Shown here piece by piece: positions 49,878-63,822 of a DNA stretch of 64,000 nucleotides (position 1 is its first letter; every line of letters begins with the position of its first letter). The stretch covers positions 54,374,001 through 54,438,000 of the forward strand of contig CM059437.1 in the NCBI GenBank assembly GCA_030390025.1. Direction: 5' to 3'. Under the pieces are notes generated by a model. It did not search any database, was not told the origin of the DNA, and saw only the letters and a list, made by a program, of their open reading frames with translations. The DNA comes from Squalus acanthias. Its lineage: Eukaryota. The position numbers were made by a program, and so were the translations under genes.

Positions 49878-50621
49878 GGCCCAGAAATTGATCTCGCTCT
49901 GTTCCCGCGGGGGTAAGCCTTCCCCGCGATGTCTCACCTCGCTTATGCTTTTTCTGATCCAGCTCGCACGAACTTGATGTTCCAGACATCAGCTGTGCTG
50001 GGCTTGCGTATCCCAGCGGCGTAGTTAATTCGTGCGAGCTGTGGGATCACGTGACTCAGTTAGAGCCAATGGCAGCACACCATCTCCCATTCATAAGTCT
50101 CACAGCATGGCTGTGAGACTTATGAATCTTACACCCCCCCAAAATAACAGCTAAACCTCAATTAAATTAATAAAAATACCCATCACATTAATAAAATAAG
50201 TATAGTTAATTAAATTAACCATTTTAAATAAAAAATTAAATTTTTGAAAAAATTTAAAATCTTTTAAAAAGTTATAAAAATAAACTTACCTGTCTTTAAA
50301 GTCTATAAAAAAGATATACCTGTAAAAAAAAATTCAAAAAAATACTTAATTCACTACTTACCTTCTTAAAAGCGGGTCTTACTCCTCCTTTTTACATTTC
50401 CAAAATCTTCCCTACTTACCTGCGCGTCCAAAGCATGAAGTGCACAGCGTGCGCGCAGCCTGTAGCGCGCACGCGATGCACCCAGGCCCCGCCCCCTTTT
50501 CAGAAGAGCAATTGCCGGTTTTCAGCGCATGCGCAGGGCATGCAGAAAACCGGCAATTGGAGTGGAAATACGCGAGAGTACGCAGTGCGTACTCTCGCGT
50601 CCCGGGATCAATTTTCGGCAT
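49878..50621. mobile_element. ~744-bp Harbinger-type MITE, inverted relative to 34681-35423
   Basis: Starts GGCCCAGAAATT; reverse-complement match to the cluster 2 copy; absent at the paralogous site ~19241. Confidence 0.8.
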
Positions 50622-51951
50622 TCATTTAAATTACTACATTACTTCATTACTACAGCTTTTCAATTACATACAGATATAGCTTCCTCTTGTGGGAATCCAA
50701 TTAATTACCTATAATTCTCACTTCTAAACAAATACTGTGCACGGTGCAGAAAGTTATGAAAATCAAACGTTATTTAAGAAAAACCTGCAGCTTTAACATA
50801 CACTAGGATTGCTTCGCATTTTTGCTGGATGTCATTTATTTAAAAGGAAAGCATTTTATTTTAATTTCGGTATCCATTTACGCTGTGGAAACAGGCCCTG
50901 CGCCAGCTGTAAAATTTCCGTACGCAATAACTGGGCAGTTGTTGGGCAAATAGCCCAACTCAGAGTCGGCAATTAGGTTTTTGGAGGCGGAACGGATGGC
51001 CTCTCAACGCATACAAGCGCATGTGGAAATCCCAAACTTGCGGTGGATTTCAAAGGCAGTATGACAGTGTACTCTGAGAGTACGCCGTCATAACCACCAC
51101 AAAATCCGGGCCATTTCACATCAATGTACAAAGCCTAAATCGTTTTGGAGAATAGCATCTAACCTACTTTTTTGTATTATAATACCCCAGCCTCTCGTTG
51201 GTTTAATAGAGTATCGATACAACAGAACAATGCCCAACATTACAGGTTACACACTTGCATCCCAGGTGAATGGAATCGAAGCGTGAAAGGAAGCGCTTTG
51301 ACTGTATTCTGAAAAGTACAACCGGTGTAATTGCGCGAGGTACCAGGTAATGAAATTTAATAACTACCTTCTTAGTATAATTATATAACACTACAGCTGC
51401 CCTAAACAGACTGAGATCTCAAAATGCCGAAAGTAATGACGTGGAATAACGTTATTAGCACTCTAGCACATAATAAACAACTGCGAATAGATAACGACAG
51501 CGTCCTAATTTTTAATATCCAGAAATTAGCAATTGCCATGAGGCCCAGCAATATATCTGTTGAGAAATTACATAGAATACACAGCACCGAAACAGGCCAT
51601 TCGCCCCATCCAGTCCATGTCGGTGTTTTTGCTCGCCTTGAGCCACCTCCCATCCTTCCTCATCTAACTTTATAAGCGTAACCCTTTATTCCGAAGTCCC
51701 GCATATGCTTATCAAACTTCCCTTTAAATGCGTCTAAATTATTCGTGGGTCGTCATATAAAGCTGTGAAAAACAGTAGAGATTGTGTTTTCGACAACCGT
51801 TTGGGGTATGAACGTGCTTCATTCAGTACCTATGTTCACCATTTCCTTTCCTGAAGGTGTACGTAATGGGGTTAGGGACCTGCATGACCATATGCTTGGC
51901 ATCAATAATGTTCTGCACACTGCAGAATCCAGACAGTCAGGTAGAATTCGC

Positions 51952-54900
51952 GGGAGAGAAATTCATTATAGCTCAGAATAGGGATCTATTTTCAAAAATT
52001 GACGGTTTAGTGCCAGGCGCTAATGAGTCAGACTGCACGCTAAATTAAGTGATAGCGTTCAAAGGAACACTGGAGCGCTAAATCAAGTGCTAATGACCCA
52101 GTTCAGCGGCGCTACACTCAGAGCGCTAAGCAATTTCAGGTACATTCTAATCGTTAGTCAAGAATGACACAGGCTCTTTTCAATTCTAAAAGGGAGGTTC
52201 AATCATGCTGCGGAGCCTCATTCTCACCATTGCTGACTCTGAAGGCGAAGGACCGCTGAAGAAGCTTGCATTATGGCAGTTCCACGGCCCAGAGAGAGAG
52301 AGCTCGGCGATTCATGGGCCAGGCATTGGAGGCCTTGGTCCTCAACGTTGAGAAACGTAGGGTGGTGCTGTACCCGACAAGTGGCAGGAGTTCCTCCCAA
52401 CAATTCTTCCACAGCATGTGGAGGGAGATGGCCCAGCAGGTCTCGGGCAGCAATGTGGTCCCCAGGACCCTAACATAGTGCAAGAAGAAAGTTACCGACC
52501 TCACTCGGGTGGTCAGGGTAAGTAAATGCTTCAAAAAATCCTACATACCACCATCTCAACCTCAGTCTGCACACACTGCCCAAAGCACCACACCCCAGTA
52601 CTCACCCACCAACAATCTCGACCTACCAACACTCACATCCACATCTCACACCTTGCATACAATGACTGCTATTCAACAATGGCAGGCACAACTCCCAAAC
52701 ATTTTGCTCCACGCTCACTCACACCCTTTCCTTTCTCTTGCAGGCCAAGGTCGCTCTCAAAAGGATGGAGCAGAAGCACACAGGATGGACATCCTGATAC
52801 ACAACCACTGTCTGACCTGGAGAAGCGAGGGCTCTGCATCTTTGGGTGTCAGATGTTGTGCGCTGTGGCGGCCAGTGACGTTGACCCCCTTGGGGACAAC
52901 AATGGTATATTCATCCTTACTCCTTCTTCTCCCATCCCACTTCCCCCCTCACCCCACAAACCTTTTCCACTTTCCGGTTAATCATACTGTGTGCATGCCT
53001 TCCTCCCTTCCTGTCCCCCTCCCCTCACATTAACTAGACTCCTGTGCATTGATGCTTTCAGATAATGACCAAGCAGATGAGCAGCCTGTCGCTGAGGGTA
53101 CCGTTCATAACAAGGCAGGGAGACGAGGAGGATGAAGAACACACCACGTCACTGCATCTCTCACCCGCGGGCAAAAGCTCAGACACTGGTACTATGCGTT
53201 CTTTAGAGGTAGTATAGTAGTGGCGTCTGCAGTAGGGCGGGGAAGAGCGGGCTATGGCAAGTCCAGGGGGAAAGGATAGCTCAGGAGCCAGCTCCCCAGA
53301 GGGCGAGTTCACGCACGAGTTCTGCTGCATGGGACTCAGGTGAGCACGTCGAAGGGGAGGCCTTTAAAAGAAGGGTGATGGGCATGCACAAGGAGATGAT
53401 AGGTGCAATGGCAAGGGTTCCCCGAGAGCCTCTCGGCAATGGTAAGGAGCATGGACGAGTCCACCTCCAACATTGCACAAGGCTCTGCGCACACCATGGA
53501 ACCCATCATTTCCAGTCTGCAAAGGATGGTATACTCCCAGAGAGACTGTGGCGACCCAGACCTCATTCCGCATGTGATGAGCGATCTTGCAGCTTTCATT
53601 GCAGCACAGGAAGAAGCTACACAACGTCTTAGTGCTGTAATGCAGTCTATGCTTGGTGGCATCCAATCTCAGACTGCTCTCCTGCAGTCTCAGCTTGATG
53701 CCAGGCAAGCTCTGACTGCTGCCACCGTGGCTGGGTCTACTACAGTCGACCGGGGCTTTCACGGAGTCTCAGCAGGCCAGCAATCTTTGCTACAACAGAT
53801 TGCGAGGGATGCTGTGATACTGCCCAAGGAGGTTTGGCAGAGGGTCAGAGGAGCAGGAACCTGCTGTCCTCTTTCAGGATGACAGCATTACTGCTTCCAC
53901 CACTGCCACTCTGCCATTGCCCTTGTTGCTGCCTGTAATCCAGCTAGCCTAGACTAAGAGTAAAGTAACGAGAGGCATAAAAACAGTCTGTAAAAGCTTC
54001 TATAAGTATGTAAAACGGAAAAGTTTAGCGAAAGTAAATGTTAGTCCCTTACAGGCTGAGAAAGCAAAAATTATAATGGGGGATAAGGAAATGAAAGAGA
54101 AATTAAACAAATAATGTGTGTCTGTCTTCACAGAAGAAGACGCAAAAAACTTCCCGGGAATAGTGGAGAACCAAGGCTCTGTCAAGAATGAGGAACTGAA
54201 AGAAATTAGTATTTGTAAAAAAAATAGTACTGGAGAAATTAACAGGACTGAAAGCCGATAAATCCCCTGGACATGATGGCTTACATCCTAGGGTTTTGAA
54301 AGAGGTGGCTATAGAGATAGTGGATACATTGGTTGTCATTTTCCAAAATTCCATAGATTCTAGAACGGTTCCCACGGATTGGAAGGTAGCAAATGTAACC
54401 CCACTATTTAAGAAAGAAGGGAGAGAGAAAACGGGGAACTACAGACCAGATAGCCTAACATCAGTAGTAGAGAAATTGATAGAATCTATTATTAAGGACT
54501 TGGTAACAGGGCACTTAGAAAATAATATTAGGATTGGGCAGAGTCAACATGGATTTATGAAAGGGAAATCGTGTTTGACAAATCTGTTAGAGATTTTTGA
54601 GGTTGTAACTAGCAGAAGAGATAAGGGAGAACCAGTGGATGTGGTGTATTTGGATTTTCAGAAGGCTTTCGATAAGGTGCCAGACAAGAGGTTATTAAAC
54701 AAAATTAGGGCTCATGGGATTGGGGGAAATATAGTAGCATGGACTGAAGGTTGGTTAACGGACAGAAAACAGAGTGGGAAGAAAGAGGTCATTTGCTGGT
54801 TGGCAGGCTTGCAGCTAGTGGGGTACCGCAATGATCAGTGATTGGGCCTCAGCTATTCACAATCTACATCAATGATTTGGATGAGGGGACCAAATGTAAT

Positions 54901-57900
54901 ATCTCCAAGTTTGCTGATGATACAAAGCTGGGTGGGAATGTAAGTTGTGAGGAGGATGCAAGGAGGCTTCAAGGGGATAGGGACAGGCTAAGCGAGAGGG
55001 CAAGAGAGTAGTATAGTAGTGGGGTCTGCAGTGCGTGATGCACCGGGGAGGAGCGGGCTATAGCAAGGCCAGGGGGAAAGGATAGCTCTGGAGCCAGCTC
55101 CCCAAAGGGCGAGTTCATGCACGACTTCTGCTGCACAAGACTCAGATGAGGACATCGAAGGGGAGGCCTTTAGAAGGAGGGTGATGGGCATGCACAAGGA
55201 GATGATAGGTGCAACGGCAAGGGTACCCGATAGCCTCAGGGCAATGGTAAGGAGCATGGAGGAGTCCACCTCCAACATTGCACAAGGCTCTGCGCACACC
55301 ATGGAATCCATCATTTGCATCTGCAAAGGATGGTATACTCCCAGAGAGACCATGGCGATCCAGAACTCAAGCCGCCTGTGATGGGTGATCGTGCAGCTTC
55401 CATTGCAACACAGGTAGAAGCTACAGAACGTCTTAATGCTGTAATGCAGTCTATGCTTGTTGGCATCCAATCTCAAACTGCTCTCCTGTGGCACAGAAAT
55501 TAAACAGCATGGATTGAGGATTGGTTAATGGACAGGAAACAGAGAGTGGTAGGAAACGGCACATTTTCGGGTTGGCTGGCTGTAGTTCGGGGGGTACCGC
55601 AATGATCAGTGCTTGGGCCTCAGCTATTCACAATCTATATCAATAATTTGGATGAGGGGACCAAATGTAATATATCCAAGTTTGCTGATGAGGCAAAGCT
55701 GGGTGGGAATGTAAATTGTGAGGAGGATGCAAAGAGGCTTCAAGGGGATAGAGACAGATTAAGCGAGTGGGCAAGAACATGGCAAGCAGAGTATTTTTTA
55801 AATGGTGAGAGATTGGGAAATGTTGGACTTGTGGTCCTTGTACACGAATCACTAAAAGTTAACATGCAGGTACAGCAAGCAATTAGGAAAGCAAATGGTA
55901 TGGTGGCCTTTATTACAAGAGGATTTGAGTATAAGAGTAAAGACGTCTTACTGAAATCATATAGGGCCGTGGTGAGACCACACCTGGAGCATTGTGTACA
56001 GTTTTGATCTCCTTACCTAAGGAAGGATATACTTGCCATAGCAGGAGTGCAACGAAGGTTCACCAGACTGGTACCTGGGATGGGGGGATTGCCCTATGAG
56101 GAGAGATTGGGTAGACTAGACCTATATTCTCTAGAGTTTAGAAGAATGAGAGGTGATCTCATTGAAACATACAAAATTCTGACAGTGCTTGACAGGGTAG
56201 ATGCAGGGAGGATGTTTCCCCTAGCTGGGGAGTCTAGAACCAGGGGACACAGTCTCAGAGCAGGGATCGGCCAATTAGGACTGAGATGAGGAGAAATTTC
56301 TTCACTCAGAGGGTGGTGTATCTTTGGAATGCTTTACCCCAGAGTGCTGTGGAGGCTCAGTCGTTGGGTATATTCAAGACAGAGATCGATAGATTTTTGA
56401 ATATTAAGGGATCAAAGGATATGGGGATAGTGCAGGAAAGTGGAGATGAGATAGAAGATCAGCCATGATCTTATTGAATGGCGGAGCAGGCTCAAAGGGC
56501 CAAATGGCCTACTCCTGCACCTATTTCATATGTTCTTATGTTCTTAAGCTGCCGCCCATACTGAGGCCTAGAACTGGTCGAGGGCTTCCTGAAAGGCCAT
56601 CTGAAGTATCTCACACGGACACTCAGCTGCCTTCCACCATCCGTGCTGCAGCCACTGAGCCAACACTTCGTAGGAGCACTAGAGTAGGCAAAGGCACAGT
56701 AACGAGAGGCACAAAGGAATGGCACAAGGGTGAATAGTTAATATTTTAGTTGTAAATATGTGTTCACTGATTATTGATAAATGTATTAATTCAGTTTGGA
56801 TTCTTTAGTGGCATGTCCCATTTCGGCTTTTCACTGTTATATGGCCTGCAACAAGGATGGAATGATGGGGATGTGGTGAGCAACGGGAATGTGGGGTTTC
56901 ATTCATTGGAACCGCAGTCTAATAAGGCAGTCACGGTAGACCATTCCAGGAGGCCGATTGAGTGGCTCCCTCCTCCCTCGCTCCTGTTCCTCCTCCTCGT
57001 CCTCATCCTCCTCCCTGACTTCACCCTCGTCCTCGTCGTCCTCCTCTCCCTCTTCCTCCTCCTGTGGTTGTCCCGCAATCCTTGGTGGCAAGGGCTCGGC
57101 CCTCATGATGACAAGTTGTGGAACATGCAGCAGACCACCACGAAATGGGACACCCATTCTGCCAAGTACTGGAGAGCTCCTCACGAGCGGACAAGGCAGT
57201 GGAACCATTGCTTGAGCACCCCAATGCCCTGCTCGATGATGTTCCTGGTGGTGGTATGGCTCTCATTTTCTGAGGGCTGAGCAGGACTGTTGGAGTTTCA
57301 AAGGGGAGTAATGAGCCAGGTGGAAAGTGGATAGCCCTTGTTTCCGACCAGCCAGCCACGAGCTTCATATGGTGGCTGGAAGAGTGTTGGCTAACCGGTC
57401 TGGCACAGGATGAAGGCTGCTGCCAGGATAGTGAGCATTCACATTGAGGATTAGCTGTCTGTGGTCGCACACCAACTGCACATTATGTGAGTGATAGCCT
57501 TTGCGGTTATGGAAGACCTCAGGATTGTTATGCAGTGCTCGCAAAGCTACGAGGTGCAGTCAATGCTGCCCTGCACCATGGGGAAGCCCGCTACCCTGGC
57601 AAAGCCACATGAACACTCGTCCTGCTTCTCTCTGGTGATGGGGAAGGAAATGTAGTCCCTTCTCTGACCGTAGAGAGCCTCTGTGACCTGCCGGATGCAG
57701 CGATGGATGGCAAACTGCGAGATGTTAGCTATATCTCCTGTTGCAGACTGGAAGGAACCGCTGGTGAAGAAATTGAGGGCGACAGTGACCTTGACTGTGA
57801 CTGAGAGAGCCGTGGTCGCCCTGATCTGAGGCGCGAGGTCAGGTTGCAGGAGGTGCCAGAGTTCTGTGACCACCTCCTTGCTGAAGCAGAGCCTTCTAAT

Positions 57901-58528
57901 ACACTGCTCCTCACTAAATTGGAATACACTCGCAGGGTAAGGACTCCTGTTGAGAACCCTGATGGCCCTCCTCCTCTCTCTGGTCACATGTCCAAATCTT
58001 TGTCGCTGCCTCAGCTCCCTCCACCGTAGATCCTGGAGGGCGAGGTCGACTGCCAGTACAGCCCCCATAATGATACCAAGTGTATCACTTTTTATCTTTT
58101 CAGAATAAATGTCACAAATTTTTAGCAGCCAGAACACTCGTGAAAGTAACAAACTTTTAAGTTAATGAATTCAGCTGTTTCACAATCTCAAACTGACAAG
58201 GAAGCAATGAAACAGCACCAACCTGCGACTGATCCCTTTAAATAGCGCACCTAGAGCTGCCTTCCACCTGCATCACGCCTCCACTTCCTGTCGCTGTTGG
58301 GGAGAGGAGCTAAGGCAGGGGGCGCTAACAGAGCGTGCACACTCACTGGCGTCACGATCTGTCTGGTGCCTAAGGCCTAGGTGCTAACAGTTAATAGCGG
58401 CGTTAAAGGGGGACTGAATTTAGTGTGCTGCGCTGCATTCGCCGTGCCCCAGCGCTAATGGATTAGCACGCTGTTAGCATCTCCGCCAGGCGCTAACGGG
58501 AGGCGCTAACCTACTGAATTTCTTCCCC
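51952..58528. mobile_element. PIF/Harbinger element C, copy 2 (degenerate Myb gene on +; transposase on - at 56903-58068; CR1 fragments at ~53957-55000 and ~55490-56545)
   Basis: TIRs GGGAGAGAAATTCA / TGAATTTCTTCCCC with CGC/CAC flanks; ORF 57547-58152 contains ALNFFTSGSFQ and GSIDCT. Confidence 0.9.
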
Positions 58529-59089
58529 CACGACTCTTTTCATACAACAACCTCGTTTCCCTGCGGGTGATTGGTAAATTAATTGCGCCAGATAAACAAG
58601 TCTTTTGTACCTTGCATGTTGCTGTTGTGAGCTGCAAGTTGGGCGATTTTTCATATATCTCTTGTTACTGCTTGAAAGGACCCAGGAGTATAATAACGCA
58701 TGGCAGAAGGCACCTTTGATTTAACCGTCACTGTCTTGGATCATTTTCTGCGTTTGGCTTCAGGCTGTTGCAAAGTTCCCTTGTGGCTTCCTTAGCGAAT
58801 AATAAACTTCACTTGCAACATCCTTGTAACATACTCAGCAATGATTGTCTTGGCCTCTGTACTGGACTCGGTCCTATTAGATGGCCGCAGGTGCCAGTAC
58901 ACTGTATTTCATGCCTTATTAGAGGATGGAAGTTATCATAATTGCATTATATAACATGACAGCTCCACGACTCTATCTATATTTTAGAGTATCTACACGT
59001 TCCGGCTACTGTTAAAATGTACTCGTAGATAAAAATATTTTAATGAGTTATACGAGATAAAATAATAGAATGAAGCGCTAAGACACTGA

Positions 59090-59340
59090 ATATGTGTGCG
59101 TGTGTGTGTGGGTGTGGGTAGGGGCAATGTGTGAGGTGGAGTGCCTGTGTGGGGGTGGGAAATGCGTGTGGGTGTTGGGGGGAGAGTGTGTGGGGTGTGT
59201 GTGGGAGTGGGCATGTCAGCGTGTGTATGACGGGATGTCAACTTAAGCCATCGTCTGTGAGGTGGGGAATGTGTGTAGGGGTGTGGGGTGAGTGTTTGTG
59301 GGGTGTGTGTGTGGGGGTGGGCATGTCAGCGTGTGGGTGA
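59090..59340. repeat. G/GT-rich tract upstream of cluster 3
   Basis: Paralog of 9195-9650. Confidence 0.85.
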
Positions 59341-60449
59341 CGGGATGTCAACTTAACCCATCTGTCCTGGGTATCGAACACCGAAACCTCTTGCCTGTAC
59401 AGTGAAAGGGTGTGGAAATAAAACATTCAACACTTGCAACATGATTAAGAAATGTTATCGTGAACTGTTTGTGGAGTACACTGATAAAATAATTTAATGT
59501 TTGGATAATAAAAGAGTCGCTCCCTTTTGGAGATCTTCCCGTTCTGTATCCCACATCACAGAAAGAGCAGCAGCGTAAAGGGCGCAATTAAATGCCCATC
59601 TCTGGTTAACTGCTCTAAATAACAACGACTTACTTCAATATCATTCTTTGCGCTCAATGTAAGCGAAACCTGTTGGCTCACATAGTTCACGCTCTTCTGC
59701 GCAATGAAACAAGTTAATCCTCAATGCGCCTCTACAGTTCGCGCTACCAGACCATCGCCTGCCATCGCCCTCTGGGTGATTCCAATGTCTCTATAATGAG
59801 CGATAATATTGATGCCATTCTCTCTCTTAAAAAAAGCACACCATTTTAAAACATGGAATTAAAAGCTGCAGTTATTAAACATTTAGGGAGAACCATTTTG
59901 CGGAATATCATCATCAAGTATTGTTTATTGACGTTGTTGGATTTAAAAATGAGTTCTTCGTGGGCGATGAATGTTAAAAATGGAAGATAATCGAAATCAA
60001 TAAGGCTTGTGTTCATAGAAGAATAAGGAGATGTGCGATATGCCACATTCCCTGCTCGCAACCTCCAGTTGTCTTAGTGCAGAGGTTGAATCACTGTAGC
60101 TTGATATCTCTATCGATTGAAGAATGATCAATTCTTCAAAGACGCATTGGCTCAAATTGCACTGTGTAGTTTTCCAATGTCTACCTTTCAGGTTTGCATG
60201 AAATTCAATTGGCCTTCATTTTAACAGATTTTTAACAGTGTAATGTCTCTGTTAAATAGCAGCCAATGGAATTTCATATGAACTCATTCAGCGTCCCCAT
60301 GCTAAGATGGACAACATGATTTCACCTCAACTGTTTCTGCATATCGTGAACGAGTCGATTATTTCAAAAATATATTTGCTAAAATTCACTTTATGCAAAC
60401 GTCAATCGTCCAATTCCAATGATCCAATAAACGGCCGCGACATGTAGAA

Positions 60450-60457
60450 ATTTGCAT
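60450..60457 (+). promoter_or_regulatory. Ig promoter octamer ATTTGCAT (cluster 3)
   Basis: Perfect octamer ~130 bp upstream of ATG 60584; a near-octamer ATGCAAAC lies at 60393-60400. Confidence 0.85.
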
Positions 60458-60583
60458 AAATATTAAATGCGACGTGATAGCCCCCTGTGTAATTGCTTTT
60501 AAGGAGAGGTTTAGAAGGTGCCACATCATTAGGTTCGACCAGGGAAACATTTTGCTCTGTTCTTGTTAAAAAAAATCTGCAAA

Positions 60584-60632
60584 ATGAGTGAGTGGCTTCG
60601 TGTTCTCGCCGCCCTGATGTTCTGTTGGCAAT
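60584..60632 (+). CDS. IGL: Ig light chain cluster 3 leader exon (MSEWLRVLAALMFCWQ + 1 nt)
   Basis: Homologous to leader 1; GTAAGT donor at 60633. Confidence 0.9.
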
Positions 60633-60780
60633 GTAAGTAGAGGGATGTAAAAGTCTTCAATATTCCGGCTCTTTGTATTACGCTGATCGGGTACAATACT
60701 TGAGCTTCACCGGTCTGAATTGCAATTATTTTCCACGGCTTTACTGAGGGTCACTTATCAATAACTTTTTATTTCTCCAG

Positions 60781-61131
60781 GTACCAACGCGGGTATTGTG
60801 CTGACTCAGCCACCGTCCATCTCAACTTCACTGGGGAAAACCGTCAAAATCACTTGCACCCTGTCCGGAGGCAGCATGGGCAGCTGGTATACGAGCTGGT
60901 ACTGGCAGAAACGCGGCAGTGCCCCTGCCTTTGTTTGGAGGGACTATGATTCGAGCAGAGGTTCGGGGATTCCTGATCGATTCACTGGATCCAGGGACGC
61001 GTCGAGCAACGTCATGCATTTAACAATCAGCAATTTACAATCCGGGGATGCCGCCGATTATTACTGTGGTGCCTGGGATGGCAGTCCTGCTGGACACACT
61101 TTCGGGAAAGGAACTGAACTGAACCTGGGAA
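60781..61131 (+). CDS. IGL: Ig lambda-type fused VJ exon, cluster 3 (intact; C exon expected ~0.3 kb beyond the window)
   Basis: 351-nt open exon ..YYCGAWDGSPAGHTFGKGTELNLG with canonical splice sites; the downstream intron is colinear with cluster 2 up to ~37035. Confidence 0.95.
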
Positions 61132-63598
61132 GTAAGTAAATTTTTCGCTGTGTACGTCGGGGATTTTAAAGTGTGAGTTTTCAATTGTTGGTTTAATCCG
61201 GTTGTAGTGAAAATGCTTTCGAACATACATTTATAATTCTGCGATTCCCTCTTGGTGTTTAGAGGGAGATGTGTTTCTGTTCTGTTTGTTAAATGCTCAT
61301 GAAACTGTCGCACAACAATTGCAATGTTGTGGATGAATTTCCAAATAATTATTTTTAGGTGGGTGGAATTCAACCTGCACCAGTGTAATTATAATTTCTT
61401 GGTGATTTGCAAATCATTCGTAAAGTATTGGTCAATCTGCTTGAGACGGCATTAAAAAAATATCTGGACACTTGTGACTGCCATACTTTATCCTCGCGCT
61501 ATGCTTCATGACTCGCATAGAGATAAAAAAAACTATAACGTGAAATATTTTATAATTCCCCGACACGGTGCCATTAAAAAATCCCAATCAGAGAGTGGGA
61601 GCGTGTGTCATTCGTGCGATACTCTCAGTATTGTATTGCATGTTAGTCATGATTTCACTCGAAAGTATCGGATAATTATAAATCATAGTGATTGGGTTAG
61701 AAATTTTAATATACATTACAGATTTTAAGAAGTTGATGTTTATTTCTGCAGATAAGGATATTGAGGTTATCAGAGATAAAATGTGATTAGAGGTTTGTTG
61801 CATTTGGAAAGACATTATGGTTGGAGACGGTCATATCCTGTCTTGTATAGTTCTTAATTTTTAAGGGAACTGGGAAATATTGACTGAAGAGAGATTAGCT
61901 TAATTAGGTCAAATGATGCGTCCTGGGTAACTATGATCTTCTGGAGCTTGCTTGATCCCCTTCAAGAGTTTCAGAGAAATTTCCCAGAGCATTCACGGAA
62001 TAGGCCACATGTTTTTCGCTGTTTTGGCTCCCCAGAAGATGACAGTACCGGAGGGTGCATGAGTGGATATCATCAGCAACTTAGGGTCTGAGACTCCTTT
62101 CCCATCTGTCTATTCGTATATTTGAAGCATTGTAATGAACACCAGAGTTTGATCCCGCGTCGATATTAAAATCACTGACAGACTCATTACCTTCGAATCC
62201 GATTAATTTGTATGAATAGAACCGCGGGATCAGCATTTGAATTTTTATTTGTCAATTTATTTATCTGTCAGTAAAAAATGTATAACCCTACAGGCAATCC
62301 GAGAGACTCAAACGGAATTTTTATTGGGATATTTAGCTACAAGCTGTAGAAAAGGCGCTGCGTTGTATTATAAATTGTTCCATTCAACTTACATCTGGTG
62401 AAGCTAAATTTCAAAAACAATTCTAACAGAGTAGGAGATTATACTTCCAAACTATTTACACGTCTTGATCAGAACGTTTTCGATTTAAGCCCCTTTTCCA
62501 GGCGTTACACCGGAACATAGGAACAGGAGAACACTAGGGAGTCCCTTGAGCCTGTTCCACCATTCCATTTGATCATGGCTGATATGTACCTCCATTCCGT
62601 TTTTCAGACTTTGTTCCCTATCCCTTGATAACCTTAGCCTATAAAAATGTATCGACCTCAGTCCTGAAAATCTCATTTCACGCAACAGCCACAACCGTTT
62701 TGTGGCAGGGAGTTTCAGATTTCCACCACCCTTTGTGTGAAAGACTGCTTCCTGGTTTCACTCCTTAATGCCCTAGCTCTAATTTTAAGTCCTTGGCTTT
62801 TTGTTCTGGATTCCCCCATCACAGAAAATAGAGATATGGAGGGAGTGCGGCATTGAAGGAAATGCCTTCCTTTGTATAACGCCATTAAGAGGCGTTCCAC
62901 ATTTCTGTTCAAGTGGACGTTTACGATCCCGTTGCATTATTCAAGGTGCAGCAGAAAATCACAGCCCATACCCCCGCCTAACTCATTGCCTTAAAAGAAA
63001 GGGATTTGTGTCTGTAGCTTCTTGCTTTGTTTAAGTTTGCTATCACTGCGCTTCAAAGTAAGATAAGTGAAATCTGATGTGGTGCTATATAATGCTACTC
63101 GTTATTCTTTGTATATTAACATAAACAAGTAGAAGCAGCTGAGCTTTCTGCAGCAGATGGTTCCTCGGCTGACTAGGCAGCTAAAAGCCGAAATACTGGG
63201 TAGCGATTACATCAAACAACGTCTCAAGCGTGAATCTGCCAGGTGCAATTGTAACCCCAGCATTCAAATTATAGCCGGTTGAAAAGAAATGAACAGATTG
63301 GAGCTCTGAATCATTGAACATGCTGGGCGGTGACTTAATAGAGATCTTTAAATTTATGAACGGTATTGAAAGTGGAGACGTAGGAAAAATGTTTCCACTT
63401 GAGGGGTAGTCCAAAACCAGGGATCATCAATATTAGATTGTCACTAATAAATACAAGAAAGAATCCAGGAGAAACTTCTTTGCCCAGAGACTGGTTAGAA
63501 TGTGGAAGTTGCTAACACATGGAACAGTTGAGGCGAAATGCTGAAATGCCATTCAGGGGAAGCTCGATAAATACATGAGGGAACAAGGGATAGAAGGA

Positions 63599-63822
63599 AG
63601 TAACAACAGAAAACGCTGGAAAAACTCAGCAGGCCAGGCAGCATCCGTGGAGAGAGAAAGAGAGTTAACGTTTCAGGTCGATGACCTTTCATCAGAAGGT
63701 CATCGACCTGAAACGTTAACTCTCTTTCTCTCTCCACGGATGCTGCCTGGCCTGCTGAGTTTTTCCAGCGTTTTCTGTTGTTACTTCGGATTTCCAGCAT
63801 CCGCAGTATTTTGCTATCGTAT
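63599..63822. mobile_element. Palindromic Penelope-like mini-insertion (perfect 92-bp arms 63597-63688 / 63696-63787) with 14-bp TSD
   Basis: AAGGGATAGAAGGA duplicated at 63585-63598 and 63823-63836; empty paralogous site at ~36860-36873. Confidence 0.82.
63663..63697 (-). ncRNA. Minimal hammerhead ribozyme motif with stem I truncated by the inversion
   Basis: Minus strand TT-CTGATGA-A-AGGTC(ATC)GACCT-GAAAC-GTT-AACT; palindromic AACGTT helix III. Confidence 0.6.

Larger units (their letters stand above)
42864..59050 (+). repeat. Segmental duplicate of ~12172-25920 (offset ~30.7 kb at its start); homology continues into cluster 3 versus cluster 2
   Basis: Colinear matches of intron, C exon, 3' flank, minisatellite, CR1 fragments and Harbinger C. 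Confidence 0.9.
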
